The notes beneath the pieces were generated by a model, which saw nothing but the letters and a program-made list of their open reading frames with translations, was not told the origin of the DNA and searched no databases. From positions 7,006,001-7,070,000 of the forward strand of contig CM007989.1 of the NCBI GenBank assembly GCA_002189035.1: a stretch of DNA of 64,000 nucleotides. The letters run 5' to 3'. The position numbers and the translations under genes are program-made. The stretch is from Utricularia gibba. Lineage: Eukaryota > Plantae > Magnoliophyta. Shown here in pieces: positions 38,773-49,142 of the stretch; the first letter of the stretch is position 1, and every line of letters starts with the position of its first letter.

Positions 38773-39177
38773 TCAGATACCCATCACCCACACCCACGCA
38801 ACCATCAACCCAATAACAGAAACGCCGCGGCAGCGCTCCACGCCAGAGTAGTACGGGTATACCTGGTATATATTTCCCGGCGGCGCGTTTGTGTACGCGT
38901 AGGATGGTGTTGGTGGTGTTGGTGGTGCTGGGCGTGGCGACGGTGGCGGAGGTGGGCACAAAGTGGTCGGAGGTGGACGTGGCTTAATCGGGGGTGGCGG
39001 AGGCGAGGCACAGAGGTTGTCGCAGGGACAGTTGCCGCCGCACCTGTTGACGGAATCCGGCGAGGTTTGATCCTGAATCTGTCTTCTGGGATTCTCCAAA
39101 TATGACCCGTCTAGTAAATTCACGAAGAGGATGAGAATACAGATGGCGATCTGCAGAAGCTTCAGATCAGCAGCCAT
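38773..39177 (-). CDS. Small secreted proline-rich/extensin-like protein with Cys motif and hydrophobic C-terminus
   Basis: Signal-like MAADLKLLQIAICILILFVNLLDG; CGGNCPCDNLC; poly-Pro; YTNAPPGNIYQVYPYYSG resembles the YITGPPGNLYP motif of plant HRGP-like proteins; hydrophobic tail. Upstream in-frame ATGs exist to 39246. Confidence 0.8.
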   Translation of the reverse strand: MAADLKLLQIAICILILFVNLLDGSYLENPRRQIQDQTSPDSVNRCGGNCPCDNLCASPPPPPIKPRPPPTTLCPPPPPSPRPAPPTPPTPSYAYTNAPPGNIYQVYPYYSGVERCRGVSVIGLMVAWVWVMGI

Positions 39178-39792
39178 GAGACTGGAGACAGGGAGGATGA
39201 GCAAAGAAGGCTCCATTAATAATCCTTTGAGTTGAGCTGGAAACATTTAATATCAAAATTGGAAAAAAATCATTTTTATTTAAAAAATATGGAAAAAAAG
39301 GGATAAGGACAAGATAAGCGAGTGGTGGGAACATGAAAAAAGCAAATTCTTTTTCTCTCTGGCATCATCATCTTACATTAAATTAAACATTTTTTTTTGC
39401 ATTAAAATTATATTTTGTCTGATTTTTTTGAATATTAAATTCAACTGGGAAAAAAGGTGTAGGAAGTAGAGAGCAAGCGCTAGCCGAAGGAATCCGGGCA
39501 AAGTTTTGTCGAACCAGCAGTCCTCCGAGGTTCATCCCCAGGTTCGTTATCATGCCGACCTCGAGTTCCAGTAGAGTATTTATCTAAAGAATTACAGAAT
39601 TCAAGGCCTGATGATGTGTCCAATTCAAGGTCGAACAGACAATGAATCAGGGAGCAGAACTGGGAGGAGGACTGCTTGCCAGACAAGTATTGCAAGGAGA
39701 CCCACGGCGGCGGGGACGGAGGAAAGCGGTGGGCGGGGCCGGCTTCGACTAGAAGGGAACGTGGGACTTGGAAAATGAACGGCCATGTGCTG

Positions 39793-39801
39793 CTTTTATA
39801 G
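39793..39801 (-). promoter_or_regulatory. TATA box (CTATAAAAG) probably driving the proline-rich gene
   Basis: Canonical TATA on the minus strand followed by a pyrimidine-rich leader toward the ORF. Confidence 0.45.
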
Positions 39802-40259
39802 ATGCTCAGCCGAACTACGACCTGACCGGCTGTTGAAAGTTTTCCCTCAACAACCCTCTTACGGTTACGGGTAGCTACTAAATAAATGATGCCAACAAAC
39901 AAGCGTTTCTGCAATAATGGATTGCCTTGGTGGAGGAGCATTACTCTACCCCTCTGTGAAACAGCACATTCGATGTAAATGCAGTTGTGGGACTTTCAAA
40001 TTCAGCTTGCCGTAGCCAATGAACAGCTAGATTTACTGCTGTCATTTCAAAATGTTTCCTTTTTTGTTTTGTTTTTGAAGCGCGAAGTGGGATGCTGGAA
40101 TGAGGGAGTAGAAGTAGGTAGCATTCTTGAATCCCTCGGACACACTATTAGTGGCCACCTACCACCAGAACCTAACAAAATCCACTTGCAGACTGCCGTT
40201 TTATTACTTGTAAAAAGAAGTACATGGGGTGTCCTGAGCAAGCCTTGCTGTAGGAATGG

Positions 40260-40780
40260 GGGTCATTTTGAAAACTAATCACGGTTAAAATAACTCTTTA
40301 CAAAACTAACCATCGTTATCTTAATTTAGAAAACTATCCATCTTACTATTTATATGTATATATACGTATTATAAATGTAATAATTTGTATTTTATTAATA
40401 TAAAATATCCATTTTCAAAAAATAGAATCTACATATTTTTTTATTATAATATTTACATAAAATATTTTTATTTTATAAAACCTGACACAAAAATAATAAT
40501 ATATTATTTATTTAAAATATAAGTTTCAAAAACTTTTTATTAAATTGTCAGTACAATTTAAATTTTTTTTTAAAAATAAATTTGTATAAAGGTTTTGAAA
40601 AACAATTATTCTAGTTTTTCATAATCATAAATCTCTATTCCTTCAAATCAATTCTAAAAATTTAAAAATATTAATACATTTTTCAAAAAATTTATTATTA
40701 AACACTTTATTATTAAAGATTCAAAATTTCATATTTCCAAATATTTCTAAATTCAAAATGTCTATAATAAAATGAACAAT
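40260..40780 (+). repeat. Left terminal inverted repeat of the MULE
   Basis: e.g. TTTATATGTATATACGTATTATAAATGTAATAATTTGTATTTT and TTTATTATTAAACA...CATATTTCCAAATATTT reappear as reverse complements at 48190-48763. Confidence 0.88.
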
Positions 40781-42640
40781 ATAATTGTAAATTCTTATGA
40801 ATTAAATATACAAAAACAAATTAATGATGTTTTAATTATTTAAATTATATTAATTGATTTACATAAAAATTATAATTAAACACAATTTCATGTGTTACCC
40901 ACATCCATCGGCAATTCACACGGGCGTAGTCCTCAGCAACCCACACGAGCGTGGGTTATGTAACCCACGTCCGTGTGTCCTCACCAACTCACACGGACGT
41001 CCGTGTCCTCAGTATGACCCAGGTACGAGTCGGGTCAAGCACTTTACCCGCACAAGTTTGACCCACCGAGTCAGCCACTTAATTTTTGATCCGGTAGGTC
41101 GGACTCTTACTCGTACCAGTCCCACCCATACCAGCTCTAATTGTAATATAATCAATTGCGGTGATTATGTAAATAATATTTTCAAATGGTTAAGTTACTA
41201 TAATTAGCCGATTACACTGACTACGTAAATAATATTTAAAAATAGGAAAATCAATGTAATTACTTGATTGCGGTGACTATAAAAAAATATTTTAAAAAAC
41301 ATAAGTCACCGCAATTGTTAAATTTCGTAGATAATATTTTACATTTACTTTAAATATTGTTAAATTAAGAAAATAGTTGAATAAATATTTTTAAAGCATG
41401 ATAAATAAATTATTTAGTATTTTAATTTATAAATACTTAAAAAATTATAAATTTACTTTAAAACATTATATTTATTATTTAATTCTTTAAACCATTTTAT
41501 TGAAATAAAGAATATGTGATATATTTTCTTACATAAATCATTTGAACATTGCATGTTATTTGCATCAAATTCTTTTTTGAATACCTATGTTTTTATTTTA
41601 AATTTATATCATATATCATCCAATCTTTATTTATTATTTGAATCAAGTGTCTTTTATTTTCTTTGAAATTTGTATTATGTATTACTTAAATTTAAAATGT
41701 TATTTGGATTGACTTACTATTTTTTTATTTTATATTTGTTATACATCATACACTATAGTATTGTTTAGATTGTGTATATTTTTAATTTAAATGCCAAAGT
41801 ATTATTCCGAAGGTTTGACTTTTATTTATCATAAATTTGTATTATATATCATCTAATCATTAAATGTTATTTGGACATCTTGTTTATTTTATATTTTAAA
41901 TTCATGTTTTGTTATTTTTTCAAGTAATACTAAAGATTTTTTTCTCAAGTGTAATGAATGAAATAAAAAAATATTTGTTAATTTAAAATATATACAATAA
42001 GAAATAAATTTCAAATATATATAGATATTTTTTTGCTATTTTACTTAAAAATTCCTTGAAATTTGAATTTTACTACATGTTTATAATTATTTATTTTTAT
42101 AAATCATATAAATCTAATAGACTTATATATTTGTAAATGTTGTTCGTAATTTTTTTATACATGTTCGTACCATTTTTTAATGTTTTTATGAATAATGAAT
42201 AGAATTATTTAGGTAATATTAAGTACATAAGGTTTTTCAAATAAAAATTATACATTTTTAACACATTATGCATAGTTAAATATTATTTGTGTTCCTAAAA
42301 AATCATTTTTGGTTATCATTCGTAATAAAAAAAGATAGATTAAAACAATTTTACTAAAATATAAAATTTTTATCATTAATAATTATAGAAAAGAAAAGAA
42401 AAAATGAAAAAAAAAATAATACGTGAAGAGAATACATTGATTAAAAAATCCAAGTATTTTTTTAAAAATAAATATATAGATAACCATTGATGTCAATTAT
42501 TTCAACTAAAACTTAAATAAATAAGTTTTCTTAAAAAAATACCTATTTTTTTCTTCATCCAAAAACTTACGATTCTTTTGAAATTCTCAAAATACATTTT
42601 AAAATAAAAAAGGTCTTACATAAACAAATAGAAAAACATT

Positions 42641-44092
42641 TCAAAATAGTTGACGACAATACGGAAATAAAGGATGACACTGATCTATAGGCATTTGTCC
42701 AAAAAAATACCTACGGTAGTAATCTTCAACATCTTGTGCCAACCGTAATCCCTCAAGATAATTACGTATTTCACCACCTTCACCAAGTGCATTATCTTCA
42801 AGTTTGTCATAATTGTACGACTCCGGATGAATACAAGTATGCACCTATAAATATAAGTTAAACTCATAATGTTATAAAAGAAGGTAGATTGTAAAATTTA
42901 AAATGTAAAAAATGATATCTTACCGGATTTTTAATGCACTTGTAAGGTGAATCATCTATCAATAATGTATTATTGATATTGTAAACACCATTATATTCAT
43001 ACCAAACGTTTGCTAGCTTTTTTAAGACCACCTTCTTGAATGGCTTATCAATAATCTTTATGTCGGTTGGAGTAACATAAGATGCATCCCACTGAAATAT
43101 CCACTGACTTCGTCTACCAAATCCAAAAATCCATTGAAGTATTCATGACAATTGAGCCCTTAAAACATAATTAATAAAAATAGTGTTAGTTTTTAAAAGA
43201 ATGATAGTCTAAACATTATATGATACCCTCTACGTGATGACCAAATTGCAACATCAAATTGTTCAAGGCATCAATTCATGAATTCTCTAGCAAAAGGTCT
43301 CAAATACACTGCATATTCAAAAAAATATGTAAGGGAATTAATTTTGATAGCTAATTTGAAATAAAAAATCAAAGTTAATTAATGTAATAAAAAAATAATT
43401 GAATATCCATGAAATCAAATAATAAATAATTTTACCTTCTTGATGATATATTTTCATGTCCGGGATGCGAACATGACTATCTCTTGAAGTAGTTCTATAT
43501 GATGGTAGATCACAAAAGATCTCATTTACGTAAAAAATAATCAATTTACTTGCAATTGGAGGATCATTATAGATTACTTCAATTGATACCACTGATTCAT
43601 GAAATGATGATGTTTCTTCATGTTGTAAATTGACGGTTTCTAGCTCTAGTTCTTCATCTTCAGTAACATCATCATCATCCCTTAGCAAATTACGTCTCAC
43701 CGTACCACACCAAAATTTCTTTATTCCAGGAACTTCTAGAAATCGAGGCTCAATGTCTCAAAATGAAACTGTCTTACCCTCAAATAAATTCAAGTAGTGA
43801 TTTTTTTGCTCTACATCTAATAGAATAATACCAACATAGAATGAAAGAAATATGAGTACAAATGATAAATAAAAAGAATTTAATAAAATGTAAATTAATT
43901 AAAAAAACATAAAATACCTAGCAAAACAAGAAGGGTACAAAAAATAAAATTAATAATAAATTATCATACAATTCATAAAAAAAAATTCAAACTAAATTTA
44001 AATTCTAAAATCATTTATAACAAAATTAAAAGATTTTTTGATAGAAAATTGTTACCTTTTAGCTTGCCAACGCCATCTCCCCCAACTGCCAT
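42641..44092 (-). pseudogene. MULE-borne FCP1-homology/NIF (HAD-like, CTD-phosphatase-type) gene with introns and in-frame stops
   Basis: Exons 43700-43436, 43308-43227, 43158-42924 and 42844-42641 splice in phase: KLIIFYVNEIFCD...VYLRPFAREFMN*CLEQFDVAIWSSRR...IFQWDAS...KVVLKKLANVW...YNINNTLLIDDSPYKCIKNP|VHTCIHP..Y.....DNALGEGGEIRNYLEGL..AQDV..Y.....FGQ..I. This follows the plant NIF-domain consensus as recalled. Putative first exon 44092-44056. Confidence 0.8.
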
Positions 44093-44363
44093 TAGTTAAA
44101 ATCTAATCGATGATTATATAGTAGTGCAAACCATATGAAAGATGTTCTTCAATCATCATATCCGCTCTGTAAACCCCTAATCAACTTAATACCAGGTCTT
44201 CCTTGAAGTGTAAACCATTGGTTTTTTTGGTATAAGCACAGACGGTAATAGCAAAAAAAATGTCAAGATCAAGAGGTATATTTTTTTCATTGTAAATTTC
44301 CAAGAAGTCTAAAACATACCCTATTTATTTTAGGGTCAATTGCGCTAAGGGAACATCAATACA

Positions 44364-47317
44364 ATGAAGGATTGATAAAATAAATGACAAGATTGGTAAG
44401 CGTAATCCGCAACGAAAATGTTCGGTAGAAATAGCGATACCATTAGTAGAAACATATAGACTATTTTTTGGAGGCAATATACTCAACTACGGAAGTTACA
44501 TTTCTTATGACAAACCACCAATACGAATCATGCAATTTCACATTGATGCTACATTGGATGATCTACAATGTGAATTATAAGAGGTAATTCAAGTTTCAAC
44601 CTCTCTATATAATATGCGGCTCTCAGTGCAGTATTACGACTCTGAAAGCAGCGAAATGCGCTATATGCAACTATCATCTCAAATGGATTTACTCTTTTTG
44701 CACAACCCTAGTCATACCACTATTCCGGTAGATTTATTTATCATACTTGATAGTCATCGATTCAGTGCAAGATCTAGTGGAATTTATATTCCAGAACATT
44801 CATCTCAACCGCTTGGTTATTATCAAATACCGTATCTGAATGAGGTGGTTAGTGAGCACAACTCCTATGAATTCTTACAAGAGAATGAAGACAATTATGT
44901 AGAATATGACTTCGGTCCAGCTCCAAATATTGATGGTGATTCAATGATAAATTACAATAATGATTATGAAGTTCCTGGTGCAGATATTCCACATGAAGGA
45001 GATTCTGAAAACTTAGATTTGAGGTAGAAGATGAAGATCAAGAAGAAGATTTAGGGGATACAGAATGTGTACCAATGGCTGCTTTGGCAGAAGGGGGAGA
45101 CCCTTTAGATGAACCACTTTCACTGGTCTATGTTGATATTTTCTCGGAAGGACAACGGTTTTCTACAAAAGAAGATTTTCCTAGAGCAGTCCAAGACTTT
45201 TCAATACAAATTGGAAAAGAGTACACAGTCGTTGATAGTGAACCAAGAGTGCTTGCTATGATATGTAAACATCACAAAGAAACCAACTGTAAATGGAGAA
45301 TCCGTGCCGCTTATCATAAAAAGATTGGAGTGGAAAATTACTAAGCACACTGACCCTCACACGTGTAGACGGCTCGGAGTTGGTTTTTTCCGGCACAAAA
45401 ATGTGAATTCAGCATACATTGCGAAGATAGCGAAACCATTTGTGGAAGCAGATACAGGTACAAAGGTGGTGACAATAATTATTGATGTTGAAACTGCTAC
45501 TGGTTACAAAATCCCGTATCATCGTGCATGGTATGGGCTACATAAAGCTTTCGAACTCATTTATGGTACTTGGGAGGTATCTTTGCAAAAACTTACGAGT
45601 TTTTTGAATGAGGTGGCTATTCAAAATCCTGGAACAGTGATTGATTGGAAACACAAAGGTGATGGTATTACTATGCACTATGTGTTTTGGTCATATGGTC
45701 CATGTATCCGTGCATATCAGCATTCAAAACTGGTTATATCAGTTGATGCAACTCTATACAACACTTATAGACACAAGTTATAATCGCAGAAACTCTATCA
45801 CCTAGTGGCAAGCTTCTTCCACTAGCTTTTGCCGTTGTTATTGAAGAGACCAATGATTCTTGGTTATGGTTTTTGGATAAAGTAGGAACTCACATCGCCC
45901 TTGATAAACCCACATGGCTTATTTCAGATAGGCATGAGTCAATAAAAAATGTTGCAAAATAGGTGCCTGCTTTCATGGAGGAATACAATGGATGCCACCG
46001 TTATTGTTTTCGTCATCTTCGTTCTAATTTTTTAGATCATTATAAGTCTGAAGATTTGAGAAGTCTATTTATTAAAGCGGCTTTGACGGGATATAAAGAG
46101 AAATTCACTGCTTATATGAAGAGAATTGAAGAGAATAATAGAAGTGCATTTGCATATTTGTCCAAGATGAAACCCGAAACATGGACAATATCGTTTGATG
46201 GATGTCGAAGGTTTGTCACCATGACGACCAATCAAGTCGAAGGGATGAATGCAGTACTTTGTGGAGCTTGGCATCTTCCTATTACTGCACTTGCGAAATA
46301 TTTCATCTCAATCATTTATATTTATAATTTTTTATAAGCATCAACTTAATATGATTACAAATTTGCAGGCCACTTTTGCAAGATGTAAAAAATACATTTG
46401 CGAAGGACTCGAAGAAGCAATGAAAGCTCAATCAAACAATGAAACACTGGTCAAACAAGCGCGTAAGTTATTTGATCACTAGGATAAACCTATCCCACAT
46501 ATGCGAGTGGAGATTTACAATCACATAGAAATGATCGTCCATGTACAAACCCGTAGGCATCAAAGTAACCCAACGAACGACAATGTGTGTATCGTACGGT
46601 TGAAAAATGGCACTTGTAGTTGTGGGAAGTAGCAAAACTACGGAGTACCATGCTCACATGCTCAACAGGTATTTATCGAAGAAAATATCTCCCTTTATTA
46701 ATATCATACATAACATTCACAAATATATTTCTATGTTGCAGTCTTGTAAATTGTTGAATGTCGACCCGATAATGTGTGTTAACCCATCGCTTTTGGTTCA
46801 ACAACTCATCACTATATTTCGCTCACAATTTCGTCCACTTCGAGCCGAGATTCATTGGACGCCAGGGCCATTCACTCTGAAGCATGATCCAACACGTAGG
46901 AGAGCTGTTAGTAGAGGCCGGTATCGTAGTAAACGATTTCAAATGTCGATGGATAGGGGTCGTGGGTGCGGCACTCGAGGTAAATCAACGAGAAATACTA
47001 ATCAACCTAATATTGAATCACCCCCAACTATGCATAGAGGTTCAGTGGATGAGGACCGTGGACGAGACAAATTTACAAGGGATACCATGCCAACCGAATT
47101 TGAATCAACCTCATCTATGCCGCCACGAATGCATAGAGCATCCGTCGACATTCCAAGAGAGGAACTATATGATCATTTCCATTATCCGCCGTGTGCCTCT
47201 GTTCAAGAACGTCCATCCAGCCTTCATTTGGACTTTGAAAACATACCTTCCACTTCCGGCCAAGGTTGCAAAAAAAAAAAAAAAAATAGCACGAAGAGCA
47301 CGGGATCGAATTAGTAG
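44364..47317 (+). pseudogene. MuDR/MULE transposase with SWIM zinc finger, broken by stops and frameshifts
   Basis: MuDR block FSEGQRFSTKE...CKWRIRA, WKITKHTDPHTC, YHRAWYG, VFWSYGPC, VISVDAT, LLPLAFAVV, SWLWFL, LISDRHESI, HRYCFRHLRSNF, MTTNQVEGMN, SWIM CSCGK*QNYGVPCSHA. In-frame stops at 44578, 45960, 46480 and 46630. Confidence 0.93.
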
Positions 47318-48189
47318 TCCATTCAGGTAAAGAAAATATCTATTTATCCCTACTAAATGTATCTTATTTCAATTTGTATCTTTTTATCTAATTAATTAAA
47401 TGGATTCAACGTTATTTATAGATAGTAAAATCCAAGTTAATATAATACTATCGTAATTAACATAAAGCATTTTAATTTATTTGATCATCATTTATCTATG
47501 ATGTTAAATGAAATCAAAATCATAATATTTTATAAATTATATACTTTTGGATATTATATTATTTCTCTTTAAGTAAAATACACATAATTTGTCAATAGTT
47601 AATTTGATCATCTAAATTTATTTTCTAATTAATTATCGATCAAATTCAATTTAATAAAATATATTATCTATTCATTATATCAATAAAAAGGTTCAATCAA
47701 ATAAATTTAAATAATAACATATTTTTACGAATTATAATTAATTTTTTTATAGTTTATTAATGTACCTTATAGTTTTTATAAATTAAAGTATTAAATAATT
47801 TATTTACACTATTTAAAAAATATTTTTTTAAGTATTTGTTTTAAATTTAATGATATTTAAAATAAATCTAAAATATCATCTGTAGAATCAAATAATTATG
47901 ATGATTTACTTTTTTAAATAACTATTTACATAGTTATCGCAATCATGTGATTGCAGTGACTTACGTATTTTAAAACATTATTTATATAGTCACTGCAACG
48001 ATTGGTGACTATATAAATAATATTTAAAAATAGGTAGGTCACCGTAATTAATCGATTGCAGTGAGTACCCAATTAATCGAATTTTTTTTGTTTTATTTTG
48101 GTAACTTTCTTTTTACTTAATAATAGAGAGTAAATTGTCATGTATCTTATAACGGAGAACATTTTTTTGATGGAGGGTCATTTTTGTTT

Positions 48190-48763
48190 AATTAGAGATA
48201 TTTTTTTAATCTAAAAATATTTGGAAATATGAATTTTGGAAACTTTAATAATAAAATGTTTAATAATAAAATTTTTGAAAAATGAATTAATTCTTTTAAA
48301 TTTTTAGAATTGATTTAAAAGAAAAGAGATTTATGATTCTGAAAAACCAGAATAATTTTTTTTCAAAATTTTTTAAAATATTTATTTTAAAAAAATTAGA
48401 TTGTTCTAACAATTTAATAAAAAGTTTTTCAAACTTCTATTTTAAATAAGTAATATATTATTATTTTTATATAATAATAACCAATTCTTTTTTTAATGAA
48501 TATTTTTTTTATTAATAATTTTGATATTATAGATACAAGTTTAATAAAAAAAAATTATGTAAATATTATAATAAAAATATGTAGATTCCATTTATTGAAA
48601 ATGGATATTGCATATTAACAAAATACAAATTATTACATTTATAATACGTATATACATATAAACAGTAACATAGATAGTTTTTTAAATTCAGATGTACACA
48701 GTTAACACGATGTATAGTTTTCTAAATAGATATTTTTACAATGGTTAGTTTTAAAAATGAATC
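48190..48763 (-). repeat. Right terminal inverted repeat of the MULE
   Basis: Reverse complement aligns with 40260-40780, starting GATTCATTTTTAAAACTAACC versus GGGTCATTTTGAAAACTAATC. Confidence 0.88.
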
Positions 48764-48796
48764 GTAGTAATGGGCGAAACCTGCAAGCATTCCTGT

Positions 48797-48852
48797 GGGT
48801 TGGTGGAGCTTTGGCAGAAGGGTTGGTGGAATTTTGGCAGGAGGGTTGGTGA
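48797..48852. repeat. Three 23-bp tandem units each carrying GGGTTGGTG (AC-element-like ACCAACC on the minus strand) in the QPT upstream region
   Basis: GGGTTGGT at 48797, 48820 and 48843. Confidence 0.7.
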
Positions 48853-49142
48853 ACCTCACAAAGGAAAGAGGAGCCAAATTGGGCTTTACATTTTTCCTGC
48901 TTCAATTTGCGAGTTGAACTGACAGAGAAGATCATGACCACCAAAATATTAGGTGAACTCGTGCGATACTGAACATACTGGTTCCAGTACTCTGTGGGGT
49001 TCAAGGCGTGAATACAAAAATGAAATCTTTATGACAATTTTATAAAATTGTTAATCGTCGTCTTGTGTTTTAATGATGGTGTTAAGACCACAAGTCGCCA
49101 TTGATGTTGTAACCAAGAAAATCCCAGAAAGAAAATCAAACG

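Larger units (their letters stand above)
40260..48763. mobile_element. Mutator-like DNA transposon (MULE), about 8.5 kb, transposase decayed
   Basis: Long TIRs at both ends, 10-bp TSD with one mismatch (GTAGGAATGG 40250-40259; GTAGTAATGG 48764-48773), and internal MuDR/MULE/SWIM transposase remnants. Confidence 0.92.

Noticed and set aside
39480-39941. 153-aa minus-strand ORF with a faint PPPxW resemblance to LINE RNase H
   Set aside because: No catalytic residues or neighbouring RT sequence; it spans a TATA box and leader, so it is better explained as promoter/5' UTR.
41350-42620. AT-rich interior of the MULE with loosely repeated words (e.g. AAATGTTATTTGGA)
   Set aside because: No consistent period or unit could be defined by eye; treated as low-complexity filler.
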